This document shows, one piece after another, positions 1 through 11,734 of a stretch of 64,000 nt of DNA (the first letter of the stretch is position 1; each line of letters begins with the position of its first letter). The notes below the pieces were generated by a model, which was not told the origin of the DNA, made no database searches, and was given only the letters and a program-made list of their open reading frames with translations. This DNA comes from an uncultured bacterium. Its GTDB lineage: Bacteria > Acidobacteriota > HRBIN11 > JAKEFK01. The DNA lies in contig CAVZQN010000003.1 in NCBI GenBank assembly GCA_963777505.1, forward strand, positions 1 to 64,000, read 5' to 3'. Made by a program: the position numbers and the translations under genes.

Positions 1-1002
1 CGCGAGTGTTAACAGGAAGGCACTCATCTGTAGAAGGTATTGTTGCTCTTTAGCTGGGTCATAATAAACTTCTGTGGCCCGAGCGCGCTCTGCAAGATAA
101 CGGATCAACTGACGTAATAACTGAATTGAAACGCCGGACCAATAGTAAACGAGATTCCTGATTGTGTGACGGTTTGACATGATGAAGTCATATGCCGATT
201 TGTAATTCGGTTGATTCGATGTTTCAAAAATCTCACGCAAGTCGCCATCCAACATCGGACCTAATTGTGAAATCTGTTTCGGAAAATCCTTACTTCTATA
301 TTGATCGTAATGTTCGCGGATCGTCACAGTGAGTTCGGAAACAGGTCTATCCTGTTCAAAATCATCACCCTTTGGAGACATGCTTCCGATTTCATTCGCA
401 ACTCTGTCGATATACTCTAACTTTCTTAACGCTTCCCAGCCTTCATACTTTTTGCGCCAATCCAGATCAGGAGTAAGCCAAACAGCAAATGTTTCTGCAA
501 AATCTTCATCGGGATGTTTTTGCGCATACCATCCTTGCATATGTTTTACATACTTCTTGCTTAATGGGTTTGGTTTGTAATCTTCTATATATGGACGGCT
601 AAACGGACCGAAAACCGAATGCCAATCTTCAGTCATATATAGATCATATGCATAGTTGAAGGCGTGTCCGGCTTCATGCCGAAGATATAAAATAATTTCT
701 TCCTCTTTTTCGAGATTCTCCGTATATTCTTCTTCAATCCTGCTTAAGTTTTGATCAACGAGATAAAATGGAATTCCTATTATCGGAATTCCATCCGGAC
801 ATCCCCATTCATCTGATAGATAACAACTTGGCCTGAAGACAAGGCCCTTTGCTTCCATCTCTTGATACAGACGTTGAATTTGTGTTTCCAAAAATGTCCC
901 TTCAATTTTTAAGGGAAGTTCGGAAATTTTCTTTGCAAGTACTTCCGCTTTTTCTTCTTCCCATGCTTGGGTTGGCTTTTTGTCAAGAACCGGCGTTTCC
1001 AT
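1..1002 (-). CDS. Putative zinc-binding metallopeptidase (Peptidase_Mx-like), 3' end beyond the window edge
   Basis: Not in the ORF track. Manual translation from ATG at 1002 (AAGGA RBS upstream) gives METPVLDKK...CYLSDEWGCPDG...YLRHEAGHAFNYAY...YAQKHPDEDFAETFAVWL; HExxH plus HPDEDFAE motifs; open to position 1. Confidence 0.85.
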   Translation of the reverse strand, partial: METPVLDKKPTQAWEEEKAEVLAKKISELPLKIEGTFLETQIQRLYQEMEAKGLVFRPSCYLSDEWGCPDGIPIIGIPFYLVDQNLSRIEEEYTENLEKEEEIILYLRHEAGHAFNYAYDLYMTEDWHSVFGPFSRPYIEDYKPNPLSKKYVKHMQGWYAQKHPDEDFAETFAVWLTPDLDWRKKYEGWEALRKLEYIDRVANEIGSMSPKGDDFEQDRPVSELTVTIREHYDQYRSKDFPKQISQLGPMLDGDLREIFETSNQPNYKSAYDFIMSNRHTIRNLVYYWSGVSIQLLRQLIRYLAERARATEVYYDPAKEQQYLLQMSAFLLTLA

Positions 1003-1433
1003 TTTGATAATTCCTTTATAAGTGCTGTGTTTTTGATTTATTCAAAACTGATAAATGTGAGGCAATATAATCATACAACTTACTCGCCAGAGCGGTAGGA
1101 GAAATATCAATATTCTGTAAGATATTGAAAATACAGCATTTAACCTGTCTTGCGAGCATAAGGCTTTATATGTGGAACAGATTCAAGAGGTTGGGGGAGT
1201 AGTGGAGTTTCACCATTCTTTTTCAGCTTTTCTGTGGGATCTGATTTTGCCGCTAAAATGCGCATGAAACGATAATCTAATGTATTAGTAATACCGGGAT
1301 CTGATTTTTTGGTTGCAGTTTCATTCTCGAAAGTCCTCGTTTCGTAGCTCGAATTCCTCCGGTCGTGTCTTGATCGTAGACAATTGTCGTCGTCCAGCCG
1401 AAGATGGTCGCAGTTGGTTGGAAACCGAAGAAA

Positions 1434-1461
1434 GTGACAGACCCTTACCACTTTCTATCGT
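1434..1461 (+). promoter_or_regulatory. Sigma70-like promoter for the putative ncRNA
   Basis: GTGACA-N16-TATCGT ending ~7 nt before the long hairpin. Confidence 0.4.
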
Positions 1462-1467
1462 GAAACA

Positions 1468-1602
1468 GAGTCGACGGAGGCGGGCGACCCGGCTCCGTAC
1501 GTGACGGCGCAAGTTCAAGGGCGTAACGGATACCGCCCTTCAACTTCCTGGGTGGATAGCTGGCACGTACGCAGCGGGTTCCGCCCGCCCCCTCCTGAAT
1601 TC
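1468..1602 (+). ncRNA. Putative structured ncRNA (6S-like rod with central bubble)
   Basis: GC-rich island. ggaggcgggcg/cgcccgccccctcc, gctccgtacgtg/cacgtacgcagc and gttcaagggcg/cgcccttcaac pair as nested stems around an asymmetric bubble; T-run follows. Strand inferred from the promoter. Confidence 0.5.
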
Positions 1603-1652
1603 ATCTTCCCAATTTTTTTAATAGAAAAAAATAAAAAAGTTTTGTCGAAGTG

Positions 1653-1681
1653 TTGACAAAATAAAGACTCATCGGTACTAT
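1653..1681 (+). promoter_or_regulatory. rRNA promoter P1 (sigma70)
   Basis: TTGACA-N17-TACTAT with A-rich UP-like tract upstream. Confidence 0.7.
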
Positions 1682-1851
1682 ATATAAACTTACTGATTGA
1701 AGTGAGGCAGATTTGTCTCTGCTGATTCTTGAATGAGTAAACAAAAAAACCTAGGGTAACGACCCGGGGCCGTCCTCTTGGCGACCCTAATGTCGCCACC
1801 CACCGTTCTAAAAACAGATCTGAAAAAGAGAGATTTGTTAGTTTTTTTTTG

Positions 1852-1879
1852 TTGACAATAGAAGAAAAAAGCGTATTAT
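1852..1879 (+). promoter_or_regulatory. rRNA promoter P2 (sigma70)
   Basis: TTGACA-N16-TATTAT with T-tract upstream. Confidence 0.75.
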
Positions 1880-1986
1880 CGGAATACTTTTTTTCCTAAG
1901 TCTTCCGGGGACAAAAAATCTCTTTGATTCTTTATCTTGAATCGAAGATATTTTTTGTCTCAATACAGTCCGTTTGGACATGTAGA

Positions 1987-2024
1987 GATCTTTGATAATT
2001 GAATAGCAAGAAGGGCACAACCGG
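1987..2024 (+). promoter_or_regulatory. boxA-like antiterminator and 5' arm of the 23S processing stalk
   Basis: gatctttgataatt resembles boxA; ttgaatagcaagaagggcacaacc is complementary to ggttgtgttccttcgctattcaa at ~5443-5465. Confidence 0.6.
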
Positions 2025-2085
2025 AAAGTAGCACTGATAGTCACAGTGTTTCGTTTTAAGTTAGTGTGACGAGAGAAAAGGTTAT

Positions 2086-5394
<3,309 letters not shown>

Positions 5395-5488
5395 TATACT
5401 ATGGTCTAATTCATAACCTTAAAGTAACCAGGAAAACTGGATGGTTGTGTTCCTTCGCTATTCAAATCAAAGTGCACTGATAAAAAGT

Positions 5489-5606
5489 TTTTGGTGACTC
5501 TAGCGGTGGGGAAACACCCGTTCCCATTCCGAACACGGCAGTTAAGCCCGCCAGCGCCGATGGTACTAACTTGTACGCGAGTTGGGAGAGTAGGTCGTTG
5601 CCAAGA
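5489..5606 (+). rRNA. rrf: 5S ribosomal RNA
   Basis: ttggtgactctagcg...cacccgttcccattccgaacacggcagttaag...gggagagtaggtcgttgccaa. Confidence 0.98.
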
Positions 5607-5620
5607 TTAATTTAAAAAAA

Positions 5621-5647
5621 AGGCCAGTCTTCGGACTGGCTTTTTTT
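5621..5647 (+). terminator. Intrinsic terminator of the 23S-5S unit
   Basis: gccagtc-ttcg-gactggc followed by T7, with A8 upstream (bidirectional). Confidence 0.9.
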
Positions 5648-5806
5648 ATTCTTACATGCAGAAAATCCTCTTACCTTGTTTCCTGCGCTGCGAACTTTTC
5701 CTAACGGTTCTTTTGCTTTGATTGAAAGCAAATCATTTTTGCAGATTGGCTAAAACATTTGCGTAATTGCAAAAGAATTTTTACGGTCTTACGTCGATGG
5801 AGTGGC

Positions 5807-5822
5807 TGGCATGTCCCTTGCT
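5807..5822 (+). promoter_or_regulatory. Sigma54 (-24/-12) promoter
   Basis: TGGCATG-TCCC-TTGCT matches TGGCACG-N4-TTGCW with exact spacing, 34 nt before the ATG at 5856. Confidence 0.65.
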
Positions 5823-5855
5823 CTAGGAAAAAGCGATCATCCCTGGAGGGACGAA

Positions 5856-7223
5856 ATGTCAACAAGAATTGATTCCGAAAGAACGAATACGATAGCGCAA
5901 ACAGAAATCCTTGAGACTACGCATGCTGAGCCAGAAAGATTGCAACCGGCTGAGGACAGCTCGATCTCGGATTCAGGAAGGCAAGCCCTTGTTTCGAATG
6001 CGACGGCGCGAGCCGCAGAAAATCAAATTACTGGTCGAATTTTAGCTTCTCAGTTACAGGATCAAGTTACTGCTGCAGGATCGGACACCGCACCAAAGGT
6101 TCCATCACAAGGAAAACTGTTGGTTGAAGGCAATGTTGATCCCGCCGTTAAAGACTTTCAGAAGGAATTGAATGTATTCCGGAGTCAAAACGGTTTACCT
6201 CCCCTCAAAGAAGATGGAATTTTCGGACCTCAAACCAAAGCTGCTGTTCTTCAGTTTCAAAAAGCCACCGGACTGAAAGACGATGCCAAAGTGGGAGACA
6301 ACACTCGAAGTCGTTTAAGACTTGAAAACAGTTCAAGCTTTCAGGGTTTGAATCCTGATACCAAAGATCAGATTCGTGGAATGATGAACGGTTTTCAAAA
6401 TGATCCCACAAACCGACAACTTTTAACCACAATCGGATTGGATGAAAATTTTGCGAAACTTTCCAAAAGTGAACAAGAAGCTGCACTAAAAGATCTCAGT
6501 GGTTCAGCCAGCTCACTCTCTTTGAAGACCATGCAAGGAATGAGCGACGATGAACTTTCAAAGATTGGAGAATCTCCCGGTGGTCAAGAAAGACTCAACG
6601 GAATGAAGTTCGCACTTCAACAAGGACCGGTCACTCCCGAAAGTTTAAAAGAACTGGATCGTTTGAATTCAGCTACGTTTACACCGGGCGTAGGATTACG
6701 AGTGAATGGAACGCCGGAAAATCAGAAAGATTATCTCAACTTAGTCCGGCGTGAAATGCTCAGATCCCCTACGTTTGCAAAGACGATGAATGAAATCAAC
6801 AACGATAAGGCTCATCGTCCGGTCATTGTGAACGTTGGACGCGATATGCCCAACGTTAGATTGGACGTTGATCGTAATGGAACGCAGGACATTGACTTAA
6901 ATGACTTCGATAAACTTCCAAAAACTCCTGGCGCAGATAATCCTGATGCAATTACACAAGGAGAAGTTCTTTCTCATGCAATGAGAGAAGCGCGTGAAAG
7001 AGTTCTAGGAAAAGATCATGATCAAGCTCATGAAGCTGCGATTATTGAAGAAAACAAATTTCGAAATGAAATCGGACAAACGTCGACTCGCCTTTTACCG
7101 CCATTCGATGAAATTAGAAAGAAAAATGAATTTGGAGATACGACTCTTATCATTCCTTTTGAAGGCGCGAAAAGTCAAAGTCTGGTGTTTGATCAGAAGC
7201 AAAGCCTAGTTGAAGTGAAATAA
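5856..7223 (+). CDS. Effector-like protein: non-Sec leader + peptidoglycan-binding domain + atypical zincin (M91-like) domain, copy 1
   Basis: ATG at 5856 after GGAGG; PG_binding_1 motif FQKELN...EDGIFGPQTKAAVLQFQKATGL; C-terminal GEVLSHAMREA...AHEAAIIEENKFRNEIG; paralog at 32403. Confidence 0.8.
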   Translation: MSTRIDSERTNTIAQTEILETTHAEPERLQPAEDSSISDSGRQALVSNATARAAENQITGRILASQLQDQVTAAGSDTAPKVPSQGKLLVEGNVDPAVKDFQKELNVFRSQNGLPPLKEDGIFGPQTKAAVLQFQKATGLKDDAKVGDNTRSRLRLENSSSFQGLNPDTKDQIRGMMNGFQNDPTNRQLLTTIGLDENFAKLSKSEQEAALKDLSGSASSLSLKTMQGMSDDELSKIGESPGGQERLNGMKFALQQGPVTPESLKELDRLNSATFTPGVGLRVNGTPENQKDYLNLVRREMLRSPTFAKTMNEINNDKAHRPVIVNVGRDMPNVRLDVDRNGTQDIDLNDFDKLPKTPGADNPDAITQGEVLSHAMREARERVLGKDHDQAHEAAIIEENKFRNEIGQTSTRLLPPFDEIRKKNEFGDTTLIIPFEGAKSQSLVFDQKQSLVEVK

Positions 7224-7233
7224 TGGAGGAATT

Positions 7234-7659
7234 ATGGAAAACAAAAAAGTAGCCTCTTCAGCCGCGAAAGAAGAAGAACGCTTGCAAAGGATCACTCACA
7301 AAAATGATCTTATTTTCATCGGTGTCGTCACTGATATTGGTCCCGCTCCTCAGAATTGGGCAGGCTATAATTCTTCATATCAATTTGTTCGCTATGCGAT
7401 CGAGAAAGCGATTAAAGGAGAACATGGTTCACCCGAAATTTCAGTGGAGCATGTTGTCGTCTTTGGAAGTAAAACTGCTCAACAAGCTGAAACACCTGGT
7501 CTTTCTAAAAAGATCTTTTATCCAGGGGCGAAGTTGATCGTTTCTGCTCAAAAAGTCAGCTTTGATCAATGGAAAAGTTTGAATGAAGTCATTGGTGCTG
7601 TACCTTTTTCGCCCGACTGGCTGAAAAGAGTAGAGGCTTTCGTTCCGATAGCAAACTAA
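7234..7659 (+). CDS. Small TIMP/NTR-like OB-fold partner (putative inhibitor, immunity protein or chaperone), copy 1
   Basis: GGAGG RBS, 10 nt after the upstream stop; pattern DLIFIGVV...RYAIEKAIKG...EISV...GAKLIVSA; paralog at 33768. Fold is inferred. Confidence 0.7.
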   Translation: MENKKVASSAAKEEERLQRITHKNDLIFIGVVTDIGPAPQNWAGYNSSYQFVRYAIEKAIKGEHGSPEISVEHVVVFGSKTAQQAETPGLSKKIFYPGAKLIVSAQKVSFDQWKSLNEVIGAVPFSPDWLKRVEAFVPIAN

Positions 7660-7762
7660 AGGTCCGCCAGCGGTGCTATTTTCTTTCCGCTGGTGGTTTC
7701 CAATTTACGATCACATAAAGATGGCAGGAGTGGTGCTGAGTATTTCACTCAAAACTTACCAC

Positions 7763-7790
7763 TTAAAAAAAAGGCCATTCTTCGGCTGAC
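7763..7790 (+). repeat. Degenerate direct copy of the 5S terminator
   Basis: ttaaaaaaaaggccattcttcggctgac vs ttaaaaaaaaggccagtcttcggactggc at 5612-5640. Confidence 0.6.
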
Positions 7791-7847
7791 TAGCACGCAT
7801 CCTGAATCCCGCATCGCGTATAATGTTTGCAGCGTATCTGTACAGCG

Positions 7848-9563
7848 ATGAAAATACATCCCGGGAAAATCACTCTGCTATTTGTTGTCTTGATCGTTAT
7901 CTCACTTTCGCTTTCCGCGAATCAACAGCAAACGGCAGACTTGATTCTTGCACAGACCCAGATTTGGACGGCAGAAGCCGATATGCCGTGGGCTGATGCC
8001 GTTGCGATAAAAGATGGTCGAATCCTTTATGTAGGCTCTACGGAAAAAGCAAAGGCATATCGTGGGACGAAAACCCAGTGGATCGAATTACCTGAACGGC
8101 TCATTGTTCCCGGTTTCAACGATTCGCATATCCATTTGATTGGCGGTGCTTTGTCACTCGATCGTATAGATTTGATGGAAGATCAAACCTTGAGAGCGAT
8201 TCAAGATCGTATTCGAAAATTTGCCTCTGCGAATCGAGAACGTCCATGGGTACTGGGTCGTGGATGGTTTTACAGTGCCTTTCCCGGTGGACTACCCACA
8301 AAAGAACAGCTTGATGCTGCTGTACCCGATCGCCCCGCATATATGGAATGTTACGACGGCCACACCGGGTGGGCCAATTCTGCAGCATTAAAACTTGCTG
8401 GCATCACAAAAGACACCAAAGATCCGGAAGATGGTCATATTGTGAAAGACCCGCAAACGGGAGAGCCGACAGGTGCCTTGAAAGAATCAGCAATGTACTT
8501 AATCGATACTAAAATCCCGGTGCCGGATGATGAAACTACTTATCAATTACTGCTTCGTGCTTTTCAACAATTGAATGCAAACGGGATTACTTCGGTTCAG
8601 GATGCCGACGTTTCTCTTAAAGAGCTTGACCAGACTGTAAAACTTTTGGAGCGTGCAAAAACTGCAGAAAAGATGACGGTACGGATTAAAGCGGCGGTGC
8701 GGATGCAGCAAGAAGACTTCGCCTCTGCGATCACCCAAGCCAGGCGTTTATCTGAGATGCATGTCAATGATCTCCTTCGATTCGGAACTGTAAAAGGATA
8801 TGTGGATGGCGTCATCGAATCGCGAACTGCAGCAATGTTGGAGCCCTATGATGGTTCAACCGAAAAGGGAAGTTTGAATTGGGATCCTGAAAAGCTAAAA
8901 GAGGCAGTCACTCTGGCAGATCGTTCCAAATTGCAAATCTATTTGCATGCTATTGGCGATCGTGGAGTACGGACCGCTCTAGAGGCGTATGATGCAGCAG
9001 TTCAGGCAAATGGTTCTGCTGATCGCCGCGGACGAATCGAACATATTGAAACCGTTTCTCCAGCCGATTACGAAAAATTTAAGACACTTGGAGTGATTGC
9101 ATCAATGCAGCCTTTGCATGCGGATCCCAACCAAAATATTTTCGATGTTTGGGCTAAGAATGCCGGCCCTGAAAGATCGACTCGTGCATTTAGCTGGGCT
9201 AATTTTGAAAAAGCAAAAGTACCATTAGCCTTCGGAAGCGACTGGCCAGTCGTTACATCCAATGTAATGCGTGGACTCTATTGTGCGGTTACACGGAAAA
9301 CAAAAGAAGGCAAACCTGAAGGGGGATGGCATCCTGAACTTTCGGTAAGCATAGAAAATGCACTTCGCCACTATACGATCGATGCAGCATATGCATCATT
9401 CGATGAAAAAATTAGAGGCTCTATTACGCCCGGTAAATTTGCTGACATCACTGTGCTTTCCGAAAACTTCATTAAGATGCCGCCACAAAACATTTTGAAA
9501 ACGAAAATCCTTCTTACAATCCTGGATGGCAAAATCATTTACAAAAATAAAGAACTGCTTTGA
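7848..9563 (+). CDS. Exported amidohydrolase (Amidohydro_3, YtcJ-like)
   Basis: Signal peptide; PGFNDSHIH, DGHTGWANS, HAIGD, RIEH, GSDWP motifs. Confidence 0.92.
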   Translation: MKIHPGKITLLFVVLIVISLSLSANQQQTADLILAQTQIWTAEADMPWADAVAIKDGRILYVGSTEKAKAYRGTKTQWIELPERLIVPGFNDSHIHLIGGALSLDRIDLMEDQTLRAIQDRIRKFASANRERPWVLGRGWFYSAFPGGLPTKEQLDAAVPDRPAYMECYDGHTGWANSAALKLAGITKDTKDPEDGHIVKDPQTGEPTGALKESAMYLIDTKIPVPDDETTYQLLLRAFQQLNANGITSVQDADVSLKELDQTVKLLERAKTAEKMTVRIKAAVRMQQEDFASAITQARRLSEMHVNDLLRFGTVKGYVDGVIESRTAAMLEPYDGSTEKGSLNWDPEKLKEAVTLADRSKLQIYLHAIGDRGVRTALEAYDAAVQANGSADRRGRIEHIETVSPADYEKFKTLGVIASMQPLHADPNQNIFDVWAKNAGPERSTRAFSWANFEKAKVPLAFGSDWPVVTSNVMRGLYCAVTRKTKEGKPEGGWHPELSVSIENALRHYTIDAAYASFDEKIRGSITPGKFADITVLSENFIKMPPQNILKTKILLTILDGKIIYKNKELL

Positions 9564-9886
9564 TCCTTTTCCGCAGTGTTTATTGGACCTTTCAAGTACT
9601 TTTTGCCATACCCTGGCACGACTCGATTTCGGGTTCGAGAATCCCGCCCGTCGACGACTTAGTTGACATAATGACCGGTCTCGGTCCCATCTATCCCCCT
9701 TAAAAAGACCCCCGGGATGGTCGATACAATCCTCGAATGGGACTAAAGTCCAATATTTTTCTTCTTTGAGTGGCTGATATTCTTTTGTTGAGCCCTATAT
9801 TGTTATTAGTGAGGTTTATCCCGGGTTCTACAATCAGTCAGTTGTTAGAGCCTATTTGTTAGAGACAAGTCCAGGATGGTGTATTA

Positions 9887-10942
9887 ATGAACAAGATAAA
9901 GGTTTTAGTGGTGGCCTTTGTTGTTGCCATGTTCTGTTTGAGTTGGACAGAAGCAGCGACAAAGATTTCAAGACTCGGTAACCCGAAAACAGCTTTTTAC
10001 CTTCCACCTTTGAAGACCCCAGCAGATCTTCAGAAGATGGTTGGTCTTCGAAAAGCTGATATTGAGCAGATCTTGACTCGAAGAGGTCTTGGTGGCATAT
10101 CCGGTGATTTGATCCGGGCTGTTGAGCAAGGCACGATTCAGGAAACAACAATAGCACCTGGAACCGAGTTGCCATTTATTTCATACCGGCGCGGAGGGAG
10201 CCCAGGATATTTTGAAAACGTTGTTTGGGCAGGAAAGTCTCCATTTCCAGCTTATTACGTAGATTTTGAATCAGGTGGAAGCGGCTATCGTGCGTATTTT
10301 CCAAAGCCGTGCAGCAACTTCTGGGTTGAGACCCGCCAGTTGCCAGCACCGCCACCACCACCACCTCCGCCTCCACAACCGACTCCAACTCCACCCCCAC
10401 CTCCAGCTCCCGAGCCGGAACCTCCTCCAGCTGTAGAAACTCCAGAACCAGCTCCACTTCCTGTTGAAGAGCCAGGTTTGTTCTTTATCGGAGGATTTCT
10501 TGGAAAAGAACGTCGACAAGAAGAGCTTGTTGGCGGCTTCTTTGATGCTGATTGCACAGCATTATTCGGCGTTAAAGCTGGCATACTTCCTCGAATAGGC
10601 GATAGTGCCGAATTCGAATTGTCCGCCGGTTTAAAGTGGGAGCTAGAAGACGATGATGATGACGTTGAATTAGATGATGACGAAGATGATTCTTCTATCG
10701 ATGTCTATATCGATGCCGCTATTAACGGATACTTTGGCGGTGGATTTGTAGGCGGCGGCGTGAGTTTCTGGGATCTAACCGAAGAAGATAGCCGAACTGT
10801 TGCTCTTCTGATACAAGCCGGCTTTGATTTAAGTTCGAACAGAAGATTCCAGCTTGTTTTTGAAGGTCGAGCGCCATTTGAGGATATCGACGACCTCGGA
10901 AATAATTACATGTTCTGGGGTGGAATTAGAATCCGACCGTAA
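9887..10942 (+). CDS. Exported protein with polyproline linker and probable C-terminal outer-membrane beta-barrel
   Basis: Signal peptide (…WTEA), PAPPPPPPPPPQPTPTPPPPPAPEPEP linker, amphipathic Gly/aromatic strands ending YMFWGGIRIRP. Confidence 0.7.
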   Translation: MNKIKVLVVAFVVAMFCLSWTEAATKISRLGNPKTAFYLPPLKTPADLQKMVGLRKADIEQILTRRGLGGISGDLIRAVEQGTIQETTIAPGTELPFISYRRGGSPGYFENVVWAGKSPFPAYYVDFESGGSGYRAYFPKPCSNFWVETRQLPAPPPPPPPPPQPTPTPPPPPAPEPEPPPAVETPEPAPLPVEEPGLFFIGGFLGKERRQEELVGGFFDADCTALFGVKAGILPRIGDSAEFELSAGLKWELEDDDDDVELDDDEDDSSIDVYIDAAINGYFGGGFVGGGVSFWDLTEEDSRTVALLIQAGFDLSSNRRFQLVFEGRAPFEDIDDLGNNYMFWGGIRIRP

Positions 10943-10961
10943 CTGATTTGATTTAGATTTG

Positions 10962-10988
10962 AAAAGGCCCGTCATGACGGGCCTTTTT
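10962..10988 (+). terminator. Bidirectional intrinsic terminator
   Basis: aaaaggcccgtc-at-gacgggcctttttt between convergent genes. Confidence 0.85.
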
Positions 10989-11092
10989 CATTTTCATCAG
11001 TCCTGTCAATTTACTTCATTCGAGTTTCGCTTTCTAACCTGTAAAATTAACTCACCGGTTAGAACTTTCTGAATGATTCTGTTATTCCCTTC

Positions 11093-11632
11093 TCACTGTT
11101 CTAGTTTTCTCTGAACCTCATCATTGAGTTCACTGAAGTGATTTTCAGAAAATTCTCCTGCATGCAACCACAGAATTATTCCTGAACTATCCAATAAGGC
11201 GAGATACGGATCATCTTCTTTCAATGCGCCCAATCGTTCTTTCCACAGTTTTTCATCTTTGTAGATCAGTAAAGCCTGTGAATGTTTGGATTTTGGAATT
11301 CCTTTCTTAATTCCTGATGAAACCATGCCGCGTAAAAGCCGGGGAACTCCTTCAAGAAACATAACGGTATAGGATTTTCCATTTGGATTGCTGCCGAATT
11401 CTTTATCAAACCGTTCAACCCATTTCCGTGCGAAAGATCCTCCTTTTTTGGTGAAGCTAAAAACGATGAAACTAATCTTTTCAGTGCCTGACGGCAATTC
11501 CTGAGATTTTCCCGCAAGAGTTTCACCTTGAATGACCGGAAGATTCTCTCCGGTTTTCAAAGGGTTCGTTGCCGCGTAAACGGAATTAAGAAGGATTAGA
11601 AACAACACAGGAAGGAGTTGAAAGGTTTTCAT
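11093..11632 (-). CDS. Exported thioredoxin-fold protein (ATP10/YtfJ-like, no CxxC)
   Basis: Signal peptide; GENLPVIQGETLAG...YLALLDSSGIILWLHAG redoxin pattern. Confidence 0.65.
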   Translation of the reverse strand: MKTFQLLPVLFLILLNSVYAATNPLKTGENLPVIQGETLAGKSQELPSGTEKISFIVFSFTKKGGSFARKWVERFDKEFGSNPNGKSYTVMFLEGVPRLLRGMVSSGIKKGIPKSKHSQALLIYKDEKLWKERLGALKEDDPYLALLDSSGIILWLHAGEFSENHFSELNDEVQRKLEQ

Positions 11633-11734
11633 CCGGAGTTCTGAATGATGATGCTATGGTGAAACAACAAAGCCAGTCAAGCACAGGCGCTCAACTGGCC
11701 TTGTTTGTTTTATCAGTGGTCTCAATAATCAACC

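Noticed and set aside
1140-1518. Short ORFs 1140-1451, 1313-1504 and 1321-1518
   Set aside because: No RBS or recognisable motif; they overlap the putative ncRNA or its promoter
1468-1602. SRP (4.5S) RNA or tRNA identity for the hairpin
   Set aside because: Lacks the SRP domain IV CAGG...GGAA...GCAG motif and any cloverleaf/TPsiC motif
5802-5855. Longer GTG start for the module 1 protein
   Set aside because: ATG at 5856 has a GGAGG RBS and aligns with the paralog start (MSTRIDS/MVSRIDS); the extension overlaps the sigma54 site
10176-10584. Gly/Trp-rich minus-strand ORFs
   Set aside because: Antisense reading of the polyproline linker
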